Positions 9,719-19,632 of a DNA stretch of 64,000 nucleotides are shown here, in pieces. Below the pieces are notes generated by a model. The model was not told the DNA's origin, did no database searches, and saw nothing but the letters and a program-made list of their open reading frames with translations. This stretch comes from Clostridia bacterium (GTDB taxonomy: Bacteria; Bacillota; Clostridia; Monoglobales; Monoglobaceae), in NCBI GenBank assembly GCA_045649725.1, contig JAZRQL010000053.1, positions 5,149-69,148 on the forward strand, read 5' to 3'. Both the position numbers and the translations under genes were made by a program. How positions within the stretch are numbered: position 1 is the stretch's first letter; every line of letters begins with the position of its first letter.

Positions 9719-10468
9719 ATGACAAAGGTTTTGCTTTGCGGTGCTTGCGGTAAAATGGGATATACTGTTGCTAAAACAGTTGAAAATACTGATAACGTTC
9801 AGATTGTTGCAGGCTTTGATATTAAGACTGCGGATTTGGGCTTTCCCGTTTACACAAGTCTTGACGATATAAAAGAAGAAGTTGATGCAATAATCGACTT
9901 TTCTCATCCTGCTTTAACTGATGCAATACTTGACTATTCAGTAAAAAATAAGATACCTTATGTGCTCTGCACAACAGGCTTATCAGGTGAACAGATTCAG
10001 AGAGTTAAAAAAGAGGCAGAAAAAACTGCTATATTCTATTCTGCGAATATGTCCCTTGGCATAAATCTTTTAATTGATTTGGTTAAGCGCGCGGCAAAGG
10101 TTTTAGAGGATAACTTTGATATCGAGATAATAGAAAAGCATCACAACTTAAAGTTAGACGCTCCAAGCGGAACCGCTCTTGCTATTGCCGATGCTCTTTC
10201 AGATGCAGTTTCTTATGAGCCTGAATATACTTACGACAGACACAGCGTTCGCAAAAAGAGAGATAAGGCTGAAATTGGTATCCACTCATTAAGAGGTGGT
10301 ACAATCGTTGGCGAACATTCTGTTATTTTTGCAGGCTGTGACGAAACTATCGAGGTTAAGCATACTGCAACATCAAAAGAAGTTTTTGCAGTTGGCGCTG
10401 TTAAGGCGGCGCAGTTTATGGAGGGTGCAGAACCCGGCCTTTATTCAATGTCAGACTTAATTAAATAG
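9719..10468 (+). CDS. dapB: 4-hydroxy-tetrahydrodipicolinate reductase
   Basis: GACGKMG dinucleotide fold and the signature EKHHNLKLDAPSGTA. Start could also be 9707. Confidence 0.93.
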   Translation: MTKVLLCGACGKMGYTVAKTVENTDNVQIVAGFDIKTADLGFPVYTSLDDIKEEVDAIIDFSHPALTDAILDYSVKNKIPYVLCTTGLSGEQIQRVKKEAEKTAIFYSANMSLGINLLIDLVKRAAKVLEDNFDIEIIEKHHNLKLDAPSGTALAIADALSDAVSYEPEYTYDRHSVRKKRDKAEIGIHSLRGGTIVGEHSVIFAGCDETIEVKHTATSKEVFAVGAVKAAQFMEGAEPGLYSMSDLIK

Positions 10469-10482
10469 CAGGAGATAGCAAT

Positions 10483-10935
10483 ATGATTAAAACAATTACA
10501 TCTGTTTCTTACCTTGAAGATGTTGCTTTGGTTACAGTTAATCACATTCCAAACAACACAAAGAACATAGCTTTTATCTTAAATGAAATTGCATCCCGCG
10601 GTATTACGGTGGATATGATCTGCCAGACCGCACCATATAAGGAAAAGATTAATCTTTCTTTTACTGTTCCACAGGACAGTCTTTCAGACCTTGTTTCTGC
10701 CACAACAGCTTTCCGTTCAGTGAGCCCTGAAATTTCAACTGACTTAAACGGAAACAATATAAAGATTATATTAATCGGTGAGGGAATGAGAAACACTTCG
10801 GGGGTTGCGGCAGAGCTTTTTGAATTGTTTGCCGAAAACGATATCCCTGTTAAGTTGATCACAACGGGAGAAACTGAGATTTCCTGTCTTCTTGATATTA
10901 AGGATATCGAAAAAGCAAAAGAATTGCTTAAATAA
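10483..10935 (+). CDS. Stand-alone ACT-domain protein resembling the regulatory (beta) part of aspartate kinase
   Basis: 150 aa with two ACT-like repeats. IILIGEGMRNTSGVAAELFELFAENDIPVKLITTGETEISCLL matches the C-terminal regulatory region of aspartokinases. No kinase domain is present. Confidence 0.75.
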   Translation: MIKTITSVSYLEDVALVTVNHIPNNTKNIAFILNEIASRGITVDMICQTAPYKEKINLSFTVPQDSLSDLVSATTAFRSVSPEISTDLNGNNIKIILIGEGMRNTSGVAAELFELFAENDIPVKLITTGETEISCLLDIKDIEKAKELLK

Positions 10936-10946
10936 GTTAATACTAT

Positions 10947-10978
10947 AAGGCTTTCCTTGAAAAAGGAAAGCCTTTTTT
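10947..10978 (+). terminator. Rho-independent terminator of the asd-dapA-dapB-ACT operon
   Basis: AAGGCTTTCC (10947-10956), an 8-nt loop, GGAAAGCCTT, followed by a T-run. Confidence 0.8.
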
Positions 10979-11039
10979 ATGTCTTTATTTGTCCTTGTTT
11001 GCATATATATAAATGATAAAGCATACGGAGGACAGAGAA

Positions 11040-12218
11040 ATGAAAAAGTATAAAACAATGATAATAAGCGGAAGTCTTGTTTTAAGGGCCCTTGGGATAA
11101 TGTTGTTAAGCTCTTTGGTAACTGTAACATCTTTTAACATAACAGAAAAAAGATTTTCGGGAGAAGATGCCTATATAAAAATTATAAATGATAATATATC
11201 TGTTACGAATTTATATAAAGAGAAAATCCCGTTTAGGAATATAAAAACATATCTAGAAGAGATAATTTTAGGGTATAGCACAGATGATGCCATATCCGTT
11301 ATAAAAGGAACACTTCCAATATATAGAGAAATAAAAATCCCCGAGATAATTATAGAATATGAAAATGTGAAAAACGAGCCCTTTGAAGATAAGTATGAAA
11401 AAAAGTATAAAAACAGAAATGATAAAATAATTCCCCCTGAAAATCAAGCGCCTATAAAAGAAGTGGATTTAAAGCAGAAGGTGGCAGAAGATACTGTTGT
11501 TTCGGTAGGGAATGAAACATCTTACAGCATAGATATAAACAGTATGTTAAGTGAAACCCCAAAAATAGATATGTCGGTTATGGGTCCCAAAGTTTTAATA
11601 ACCCATACCCACGCAACAGAGTGTTATGCAGGAGAGGGGATGGATGTATATGACGTTACGGAAAGCGACAGATGTGAAGATATATCAAAAAATGTTGTGG
11701 CGGTTGGTAATAAGCTTTATGAAATATTAAACAGCAAGGGGATAGACACCCTTCACGACAAGGTTTTACACGATAAACCATCTTTTAACGGGTCTTATGC
11801 CCATTCCTTAAACACAGTTGAGGAATATTTAAAAAAATACCCCACCATACAGGTGATATTTGATATTCACAGAGATTCTATAGTATATGATGATAAAACA
11901 AAGGCGAAGGCGGTAACAGAGATAAATGGAAAAGATGCCGCACAGCTTATGTTCGTTGTAGGAACAGATGAAAAGGGACTTCATAATCCGGAATGGAAAG
12001 AAAATCTTATATCCGCAATTCATTTTCAAAAGGAGATAACTGAAAAATATCCCGGCCTGATGCGGCACATAAACTTGAGAAAGGAAAGGTTTAACGGACA
12101 CACAAGCAATGCATCAATTATCGTTGAGGTGGGGACAAGCGGAAACAGTTTGGAAGAGGCTATATATGGAATAGAGATAATGGGAGAATGTATTGGTAAT
12201 TATTTAAAAAGGTTGTAA
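11040..12218 (+). CDS. spoIIP: Stage II sporulation protein P
   Basis: N-terminal TM anchor, then the SpoIIP amidase-like body (LITHTHATE ... IFDIHRDS ... IIVEVGTSGNS). Start set at 11040 behind a GGAGG RBS. Confidence 0.88.
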   Translation: MKKYKTMIISGSLVLRALGIMLLSSLVTVTSFNITEKRFSGEDAYIKIINDNISVTNLYKEKIPFRNIKTYLEEIILGYSTDDAISVIKGTLPIYREIKIPEIIIEYENVKNEPFEDKYEKKYKNRNDKIIPPENQAPIKEVDLKQKVAEDTVVSVGNETSYSIDINSMLSETPKIDMSVMGPKVLITHTHATECYAGEGMDVYDVTESDRCEDISKNVVAVGNKLYEILNSKGIDTLHDKVLHDKPSFNGSYAHSLNTVEEYLKKYPTIQVIFDIHRDSIVYDDKTKAKAVTEINGKDAAQLMFVVGTDEKGLHNPEWKENLISAIHFQKEITEKYPGLMRHINLRKERFNGHTSNASIIVEVGTSGNSLEEAIYGIEIMGECIGNYLKRL

Positions 12219-12328
12219 CAATTTTTTGATAAAATGTTATTGTAATTTTCTTTCTTTAATGATAAAATAAAATGGGTAATAATGTAGAGAATAATTGCTT
12301 TTGAACATAGAAGAAAGGAAGATTACTG

Positions 12329-13663
12329 ATGAGAAAAATTTTAGCTGTATGGGCGGCGAAGTTTCTGGCGCTTGTTGGTGTTATATTAAAAAAGAATGCA
12401 TCATCTGCACCGGGGAAAATTGCTCTTAAAATCTGCCCTGATATAATAAAAAGATTATCTCCGGGATTAGAAAAGGGGATAATCGTTGTTTGCGGAACAA
12501 ACGGAAAAACAACAACAAATAATCTTTTAAACACAGCCCTTATAAAATGTGGCTATAAAACTGTTTGCAACAATTTAGGTGCAAATATGTTAAGCGGTGT
12601 TGCAAGCGCCCTTGCAACATCAGCAAGCCTTACAGGAAAGCTTTCTGCCCACTATGGTGTGTTTGAGGTTGACGAGGCATATGCAAGACACCTCTTTAAC
12701 TATTTAAAGCCTACCTGTATGATTGTAACAAACCTTTTCAGAGACCAGCTTGACAGATATGGCGAAGTTGAGGCAACATTAGGTCTTATAGATGAGGCGG
12801 TAGAAAAAGCAGATGGCGTGACCCTTGTTTTAAACGGTGATGACCCTGTTACAGTACAGCTTGGCGAAAACAGAAACGCTGTTTATTATGGCGTATCGGA
12901 ACAGGTTTTACCACAGACCGAAAAGGGAGCAGAGGGAAAGTTTTGCGCAAAGTGTGGCGGAGAGCAGAAGTATAACTTCTATCATTACAGTCAGCTTGGT
13001 GATTATTACTGCGAAAACTGTGGTTATAAAAGACCTTCCATTGACTATGATGCAACGGAAATTGACCTTTCAGGCTCAATGAAGTTTACTGTTAACAAAG
13101 ATATTAAGATAGATGTAAATTACCGCGGTTTTTATAATATCTATAACATTCTCGCAGTATATTCTGCTATGTCTGCCCTTGGTATAAAGGATTTTGATTT
13201 TAACAAAATTCTTGCAGACTACAAGCCACAAATCGGCAGAATGGAGCTTATGGATTTAGGAAAGCCGGTTATCTTAAACCTTGCAAAAAATCCTGCAGGC
13301 TTTAACCAGGCAATTCAGACAGTTATGCTCGACAAACGTAAGAAAGACGTTATCGTTGCTATAAACGACGGGGAAACTGACGGAAGAGATATAACATGGC
13401 TTTGGGATGTTGAGTTTGAGAATTTAGCAGACGAAAACTTAAATACTCTTACCATAGCAGGCAGACGTAAGTATGATCTGGCACTTCGCTTTAAATATAA
13501 TAATATAAAGACTGACAGCGTTACGGGAAATATGAAGAGCGCAATAGAAAGATGCTTAAAGACGGATGCAGAAGTTTGCTATGTGCTTGTAAACTACACA
13601 GTTCTGTTTTCAACTCAGGAAACTATGCTTGAAATCAAGAAGGAACAGGGAGGAGAAAAATAA
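12329..13663 (+). CDS. murT: Lipid II isoglutaminyl synthase, Mur-ligase-like subunit MurT
   Basis: Mur ligase P-loop GTNGKTTT and the Cys4 ribbon CAKCG...CENCG typical of MurT. A C-terminal DUF1727-like region is present, and the gene is coupled to gatD by a TAATG overlap. Confidence 0.9.
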   Translation: MRKILAVWAAKFLALVGVILKKNASSAPGKIALKICPDIIKRLSPGLEKGIIVVCGTNGKTTTNNLLNTALIKCGYKTVCNNLGANMLSGVASALATSASLTGKLSAHYGVFEVDEAYARHLFNYLKPTCMIVTNLFRDQLDRYGEVEATLGLIDEAVEKADGVTLVLNGDDPVTVQLGENRNAVYYGVSEQVLPQTEKGAEGKFCAKCGGEQKYNFYHYSQLGDYYCENCGYKRPSIDYDATEIDLSGSMKFTVNKDIKIDVNYRGFYNIYNILAVYSAMSALGIKDFDFNKILADYKPQIGRMELMDLGKPVILNLAKNPAGFNQAIQTVMLDKRKKDVIVAINDGETDGRDITWLWDVEFENLADENLNTLTIAGRRKYDLALRFKYNNIKTDSVTGNMKSAIERCLKTDAEVCYVLVNYTVLFSTQETMLEIKKEQGGEK

Positions 13664-14367
13664 TGAAAAAGATTAATATACTTCATTTGTATCCTGACCT
13701 TCTCAATATGTACGGTGACAAGGGAAACGTTTCTGCTCTTTTAAACAGACTTAAATGGCGAGGTATAGATGCAGAGGTTATCTCAAAAAATGCAGGGGAA
13801 GATATAAGCCTTGAGGATATTGATATCGTTCTTTTGGGCGGCGGTGCTGACAAGGAAGAAGATATTGTCAGAAATGAACTCTTTAAAATTAAGGACAAGT
13901 TATCTGCATATATTGAAAATGACGGAGTTTTCCTTGGCCTTTGCGGAGGGCTTTCTCACCTTGGAAAGTATATAGAAAACAATTCCGGCAAGACAGAATG
14001 TTTAGGCATTCTTGATATTTATACAAAGATAGAAGAAAACCGTATTATAGGAAACGTTGTTCTTGAAACAGAACTTTTTGACCAGAAGATAGTTGGCTTT
14101 AGAAACCATAGCGGAAGAATAGATACAGGCAGTTATAAGCCATTGGGAATAGACGTAAATGGTGAGAGTGAGGGCCTTATATATAAAAATGTTCTCGGAA
14201 CATATCTTCACGGACCTCTTCTTCCTAAAAACCCTGTGCTTTGTGATTATATACTAAAAAAAGCACTGGTTAAAAAATATCCTGATTTTGCGGAATTAGA
14301 TGTGTTAAATGATGAGCTTGAAAATATGGCGAATGATTATATTGTAAAAAATTATGGTAAGAAGTAG
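13663..14367 (+). CDS. gatD: Lipid II isoglutaminyl synthase, glutaminase subunit GatD (CobQ-type amidotransferase)
   Basis: Nucleophile context FLGLCGG and C-terminal LGTYLHGPLLPKNP. 234 aa, translationally coupled to murT. Confidence 0.9.
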   Translation: MKKINILHLYPDLLNMYGDKGNVSALLNRLKWRGIDAEVISKNAGEDISLEDIDIVLLGGGADKEEDIVRNELFKIKDKLSAYIENDGVFLGLCGGLSHLGKYIENNSGKTECLGILDIYTKIEENRIIGNVVLETELFDQKIVGFRNHSGRIDTGSYKPLGIDVNGESEGLIYKNVLGTYLHGPLLPKNPVLCDYILKKALVKKYPDFAELDVLNDELENMANDYIVKNYGKK

Positions 14368-14379
14368 CAGGTGCAAAAG

Positions 14380-15261
14380 ATGAAAAAGGATAAGACATTA
14401 GTTTATTCAATGCTTGTTATAATAGCGGGAATATTCTGGGGAGTAATGGGCGTTTTTGTGAAAATGCTTGGCGAGTATGGCATTTCTTCTATACAGATTA
14501 CGACTATACGTTTTGGCACTGGTGTATGCTTTCTTGCTCTCTATATGCTGATATATGACAGAAAATTGTTTAAAATATCCTTAAAAGGTTTTGGCATTTG
14601 CGCAGCTACAGGTGTTTTTAGCTGTTTGCTTATGAGCACCTTATACTTTGTGTCAATAGAGCGTACATCTATGTCTGTGGCGGCAATACTTTTATACACA
14701 GCGCCTGTATGGGTTATTATTGCATCGGTTTTGCTGTATGGAGAAGCATTTAATTTAAAAATCGGCATAGCTTTGGTTCTTGCTTTTGCAGGATGCGTCC
14801 TTGTATCAGGCTTTTCAGCAGGACCTCTTTCTTGGATAGGAATAATAAGCGGTCTGGCAGCAGGATTTGCATATGCTCTGTATAGTATCCTTGGAAAGTA
14901 TGCTCTTAAAATATGTTCACCTTATACAGTTACGTTTTATTCTTTTTTAGTTGCGACTATATGCGCAATATTTATATGTGATATAGAAAAGCTTTCAGGC
15001 ATTATATACGCAAACTTTGACGTAGCTATGCTCTTTAAGATGCTTGGCACAGGCTTTGTTTCTATGTTTATACCATTCCTTTTATATACAATAGGCTTAA
15101 GCAAAATTCCTGCAGGAAGGGCATCCATACTTGCAACAATCGAGCCTATGACAGCAACAGTGTTTGGTATGATAATATATCACGAAAACCCGGGGCTTCT
15201 TGGCTTCATAGGAATTGCCTGCATACTGGCGGCAGTAGTAATGGTAAGCAATAAAGAATAA
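14380..15261 (+). CDS. EamA/DMT family transporter
   Basis: About ten TM helices arranged as two EamA-like halves. ATG at 14380 preferred over GTG at 14371. Confidence 0.8.
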   Translation: MKKDKTLVYSMLVIIAGIFWGVMGVFVKMLGEYGISSIQITTIRFGTGVCFLALYMLIYDRKLFKISLKGFGICAATGVFSCLLMSTLYFVSIERTSMSVAAILLYTAPVWVIIASVLLYGEAFNLKIGIALVLAFAGCVLVSGFSAGPLSWIGIISGLAAGFAYALYSILGKYALKICSPYTVTFYSFLVATICAIFICDIEKLSGIIYANFDVAMLFKMLGTGFVSMFIPFLLYTIGLSKIPAGRASILATIEPMTATVFGMIIYHENPGLLGFIGIACILAAVVMVSNKE

Positions 15262-15272
15262 GGAAGATTAAT

Positions 15273-16136
15273 ATGACTAAAAAGCAAACTTTAACCATAA
15301 CGATTATATGGATAATGGCAATTATTCTGTCGTTAGTTGCAATCTATGTTACGTTTATTGACAGAGGATATACAGAAGTTGCTTTTGTAGACGTTGGTCA
15401 GGGAGATGCCTGCTTTATACAAACGGACAAGTTTTCTACCATCCTGATAGACGGAGGAGATAAGGGAGCGGGGGAATATACCTTAAAGCCTTTTCTCCAT
15501 ATGAAATCCGAAAAATGCGTTGATGCAATATTCTTATCACATATGCATGCCGACCATATAACCGGGATTTTAGAACTTCTGGAAACGGATGCAGAGGTTA
15601 AACAGATATATGTTTCGGAGTATGGAGAAACAGAAAAAGGGTATGACAAGCTTTTAAAGTCTGCGGAAAGTAAAAACGTGCCCATAAAGGTTTTGCATGG
15701 CGGAGATGTTGTAGAAATAGACAACGTATCCTTTGAGGTCATAGGCGAAAAACAGAATTATACTGACCAGAATGATATGTCAATGGTTCTTCGCTTTGAA
15801 TGTGGTGAAAACTCCATATTATTTACAGGGGATGCCACAGCTAAAGCAGAGGATAATATTTTAGATGAAGAAATCGATACCGATATTTTAAAGGTTGCTC
15901 ATCACGGGTCAGCAGGCTCTACTGATTTAGACTTTTTAGAAAAGGTTACAGCAGAGCTTTATGTGATAAGTGTTGGCAAAAACAACAGATATAAGCATCC
16001 GTCAGAAAAGACACTTAACAGGCTTAAAACCTTTGATGCACCAATAGCCAGAACAGATTATGACGGAACAATATCAATTATTATGACAGATGATGATATT
16101 AAAGATATAAATTTAAGCAGAGAAAGGGAGATGTAG
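15273..16136 (+). CDS. ComEC/Rec2-related metallo-beta-lactamase domain protein (TM anchor plus MBL domain only)
   Basis: Single N-terminal TM helix, then VDVGQGDA ... HMHADH ... KVAHHGS. This matches the C-terminal MBL module of ComEC, and the gene sits directly upstream of holA as comEC does in Bacillus. Confidence 0.8.
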   Translation: MTKKQTLTITIIWIMAIILSLVAIYVTFIDRGYTEVAFVDVGQGDACFIQTDKFSTILIDGGDKGAGEYTLKPFLHMKSEKCVDAIFLSHMHADHITGILELLETDAEVKQIYVSEYGETEKGYDKLLKSAESKNVPIKVLHGGDVVEIDNVSFEVIGEKQNYTDQNDMSMVLRFECGENSILFTGDATAKAEDNILDEEIDTDILKVAHHGSAGSTDLDFLEKVTAELYVISVGKNNRYKHPSEKTLNRLKTFDAPIARTDYDGTISIIMTDDDIKDINLSREREM

Positions 16137-16139
16137 GAA

Positions 16140-17147
16140 ATGACTTTGACAGAGCTTAACAATTCAATAAAGTCGGGAAAGCTTTCAGGAGCTTACTTTT
16201 TCTACGGTGAAGAACAGTTTCTGCTTGAAGATAAGATAAAGGCTATTGCCAAAAAAATTATAACTCCGGGAACAGAAGTTTTTAACTACATTAAATTTGA
16301 CGGAAAGAAGGCAGTTGTAGCTGATATAATCGCGGCAATAGACCAGTTTCCGCAAATGTCTGAAATGAAGCTTATTACTGTAAAGAACACCGGAATTTTA
16401 GGAAATGCAACCTTAACAAACTTTAAGCTTATAAAGGAAGCGGTCAAGACCATCCCTTCCGATACCTGCCTTATATTTATAGAGGAAACTTTTGATAAAA
16501 AGAAGCTTAAAAACGTAAGCTTTATAGAAGAAAGCGGCGGAGTTGTTGCCTTTGAATATATGCCGGCAAACAAGCTTTCTTCCTGGATAGAGAGCATCTT
16601 CAATAAGCATAATAAAAAGATAGACGACAGAGATATAAGATATATTATTGAGCTTTGCGGACAGGCACTCAGCAAGTTAAGCGCTGAATGTGATAAGCTT
16701 ATAAACTACACAGGTGACAGAGAGTATATAAACAGAGAAGACATAGATGCAGTTGTTGACAGAACAGTTGAGTATAGAAGCTATGATATGCTTGACAATA
16801 TGATTTCAGGGAACAGTAAAAAAGCCTATGAACAGCTTGAGTATCTCTTTAATGCAAAGGAAGACCCTTTCTATATTTTAGGGCTTATGATGTCAAGACT
16901 ATCGGAAATTTTAATGTGTAAAAGACTTAAATCAGAGGGACTGACCGCAGACGAAATCGGCAACTACTTCGATTTTAAAAGACCTGCTTTTGTGGTAACA
17001 AAAACCATAAACGAAAGTAAGAATTTCAGCGATGAATATCTTGAAAGAATGATAAAAAAAGGTCTTAACTATGATATGGAATGTAAGAGCGGAAAGTTAA
17101 ATCCACATTCAGCAGTTGAAATGTATTTAGCAGAGCTTACTGTATAG
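16140..17147 (+). CDS. holA: DNA polymerase III subunit delta
   Basis: 335 aa with an N-terminus of the YFFYGEEQFLLE type. Conserved position after comEC. Confidence 0.85.
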   Translation: MTLTELNNSIKSGKLSGAYFFYGEEQFLLEDKIKAIAKKIITPGTEVFNYIKFDGKKAVVADIIAAIDQFPQMSEMKLITVKNTGILGNATLTNFKLIKEAVKTIPSDTCLIFIEETFDKKKLKNVSFIEESGGVVAFEYMPANKLSSWIESIFNKHNKKIDDRDIRYIIELCGQALSKLSAECDKLINYTGDREYINREDIDAVVDRTVEYRSYDMLDNMISGNSKKAYEQLEYLFNAKEDPFYILGLMMSRLSEILMCKRLKSEGLTADEIGNYFDFKRPAFVVTKTINESKNFSDEYLERMIKKGLNYDMECKSGKLNPHSAVEMYLAELTV

Positions 17148-17186
17148 AATATATGATAACAATTTATATTTACAGAGGTAATTTAA

Positions 17187-18185
17187 ATGGAAAGAATTAT
17201 AGAAGCAGAAAGAATTGAACTTGTTATAAACCTTTTTGGAAGCTTTGACGAAAACGTCAGGCTTATTGAAAAGGAGCTTGATGTTGCGGTAATAAACAGA
17301 GGCTCCGAAATCAAAATAGGGGGCGAGCCTGAAAACGTAGATAAGGCTATCTCTGCAGTAAACGCTCTTTTAGCTATGGCGAGCAGAGGTGAGCAGATAG
17401 GGGAGCAGGAAGTCCGCTACGTTATGTCACAGGTGGAAACAGGAAACGAAGAAGAACTTCAGGAGCTTGGAAAAGACGTTATCTGCATCAACTCCCACGG
17501 AGTTCCTATTAAGGCTAAAACATTAGGACAAAAAGGTTATCTCCAGAAGATAAAGGAAAATTCAATTGTCTTTGGCATTGGCCCTGCAGGTACAGGTAAA
17601 ACATATTTAGCTGTTGCGGCGGCAGTAAACGCATTTAAAAATAAGGAAGTAAGCAGAATTATCCTCACAAGACCTGCCATAGAAGCAGGGGAGAGTTTAG
17701 GCTTTCTCCCGGGAGATATGCAGGAGAAGGTTGACCCATATTTAAGGCCGCTTTTTGATGCTCTTGGAGAGATGCTCGGCTTTGAAAACTTTCATAAAAA
17801 TTTAGAAAGAGGAACTATTGAGGTAGCTCCCCTTGCATATATGAGAGGCAGAACACTTGACGATGCATTTATAATTCTTGACGAGGCGCAGAACACAACA
17901 GCAGAGCAGATGAAGATGTTTTTAACCCGTATGGGATTTTCTTCTCATATCGTTGTAACAGGTGACGTAACCCAGATAGACTTGCCAAGGGATAAAAAGT
18001 CAGGACTTCACGATGCTGAAATTGTTCTTAAAAATATTGAGGGTATTGAGTTTGTGTACCTTGATGAACGCGACGTTGTCCGTCACCCTCTTGTGCAGAG
18101 AATTGTTAAGGCATACGAGAGAAAGACCTTGGAACGTGAAAAGGTTCAGAAAAACAGAAACCGTGACAGAGGAAATAAAGAATGA
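17187..18185 (+). CDS. phoH: PhoH family ATPase
   Basis: Walker A GPAGTGKTYLA, Walker B FIILDEAQN, and PhoH-ybeY-era synteny. Confidence 0.92.
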   Translation: MERIIEAERIELVINLFGSFDENVRLIEKELDVAVINRGSEIKIGGEPENVDKAISAVNALLAMASRGEQIGEQEVRYVMSQVETGNEEELQELGKDVICINSHGVPIKAKTLGQKGYLQKIKENSIVFGIGPAGTGKTYLAVAAAVNAFKNKEVSRIILTRPAIEAGESLGFLPGDMQEKVDPYLRPLFDALGEMLGFENFHKNLERGTIEVAPLAYMRGRTLDDAFIILDEAQNTTAEQMKMFLTRMGFSSHIVVTGDVTQIDLPRDKKSGLHDAEIVLKNIEGIEFVYLDERDVVRHPLVQRIVKAYERKTLEREKVQKNRNRDRGNKE

Positions 18186-18667
18186 AGATAAGTTATTTAA
18201 ATCAGCAGGATAAGTTTAAGGTTAATTTAAGCCTTAAACGTTTAATAAAAAAGTGCGCAATAGCGGCACTTAAATATATGGACTTTCGCACAGACGTGGA
18301 GATAAGCCTTGTTCTCACCGATAACGAGGGGATAAGAGTTTTAAACAAGCTTCACCGTGATATTGACAGAGCAACTGATGTATTATCCTTTCCTATGTTT
18401 GAATATGACGAGGACGGAGATATAATAGAAGAATATGCAGAGTTTAATAAGAAAGGCGAAATCCTTTTAGGTGACATTGTAATTTCTCTTGAAAGAGCCG
18501 ATGAACAGGCAAAGGAGTATGGTCACTCTTTTCAGAGAGAGGTTGGGTTTTTAACCGTTCATTCAATGCTTCACTTACTTGGATATGACCATATGACTCC
18601 TGAAGACGAAAAAGAAATGTTTGGATATCAGGAAGAAATTTTAAATGAAATAGGATTGGAGAGATAA
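18182..18667 (+). CDS. ybeY: rRNA maturation endoribonuclease YbeY
   Basis: Zn motif HSMLHLLGYDH. ATGA overlap with phoH. Confidence 0.93.
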   Translation: MKISYLNQQDKFKVNLSLKRLIKKCAIAALKYMDFRTDVEISLVLTDNEGIRVLNKLHRDIDRATDVLSFPMFEYDEDGDIIEEYAEFNKKGEILLGDIVISLERADEQAKEYGHSFQREVGFLTVHSMLHLLGYDHMTPEDEKEMFGYQEEILNEIGLER

Positions 18668-18668
18668 T

Positions 18669-19553
18669 ATGAAATCCGGATTTATTGCTATATGCGGAAG
18701 ACCTAATGCAGGTAAGTCTACTTTGATGAACAGATTAATAGGTGAAAAGGTTGCTATTGTTTCTTCAAAGCCACAGACTACAAGAACAAAGATTTTAGGC
18801 GTTAAAACAGGTGAGGACTATCAGCTTGTTTTAATTGACACACCGGGGATACATAAGCCTCACAACAAGTTAAGTCAGAGAATGGAAAAGTATATCTATA
18901 CTGCAACTCAGGATATAGATGCACTTTTATATGTGGTTGACTGTAACATAAAGGATGAAGAATTAGAGGCGGAAAAGGAAGCTTTAACAGGTCTTAAGAC
19001 ATCTGATGTGCCTGTTATTCTTGCTATTAATAAGATAGATACAAAGGACAGACTTCAGCTTTTGCCTGTTCTTGATAAGCTTCAGGGAATATATGACTTT
19101 AAGGATATCGTTCCGATTTCAGCCCAGAATGACGAAAATATCGAAGAGCTTTTAATAAGACTTAAAGAAGTTCTTCCTGAAGGACCAAAGTTCTTCCCTG
19201 ATGATACATTAACCGATCAGCCTGAAAGACAGATTGTTGCTGAATATATAAGAGAAAAGGCACTCCGCCTTTTAAACCGCGAGATTCCTCACGGGGTTGC
19301 AGTTGAAATCGAAAAAATGACCGAAAGAGATGACGGTTCATATAAAATTCTTGCGGCAATATACTGCGAAAAGCAGAGCCATAAGGGAATCATCATTGGT
19401 AAGGGTGGCGAAAAGCTTAAGAAAATCGGTACCTTTGCAAGATACGATATTGAAAAGTTTTTAGATGCAAAAGTTTATTTAGAACTTTGGGTCAGAGTTA
19501 AGGAAGACTGGCGAAACAGAGAAAACTTTATTACAGATATCGGCTTTGAATAA
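18669..19553 (+). CDS. era: GTPase Era
   Basis: G1 GRPNAGKST, G3 DTPG, G4 NKID, and a C-terminal KH domain (GKGGEKLKKIG). Confidence 0.95.
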   Translation: MKSGFIAICGRPNAGKSTLMNRLIGEKVAIVSSKPQTTRTKILGVKTGEDYQLVLIDTPGIHKPHNKLSQRMEKYIYTATQDIDALLYVVDCNIKDEELEAEKEALTGLKTSDVPVILAINKIDTKDRLQLLPVLDKLQGIYDFKDIVPISAQNDENIEELLIRLKEVLPEGPKFFPDDTLTDQPERQIVAEYIREKALRLLNREIPHGVAVEIEKMTERDDGSYKILAAIYCEKQSHKGIIIGKGGEKLKKIGTFARYDIEKFLDAKVYLELWVRVKEDWRNRENFITDIGFE

Positions 19554-19632
19554 GATTTAGTCCCAATTCTTAACAGTATATTAGTTTCTGCGTATCATAT
19601 ACTAAAGTTATCGTGATACGGAGGCACAATAT

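Noticed and set aside
13661-13665. Recurrent 1-nt or 4-nt stop/start overlaps: TAATG at 13663, 37201 and 42868, TAGTG at 41157, ATGA at 18182 and 23823, and hisH/hisF at 51276.
   Set aside because: This is ordinary translational coupling within operons and not a special signal.
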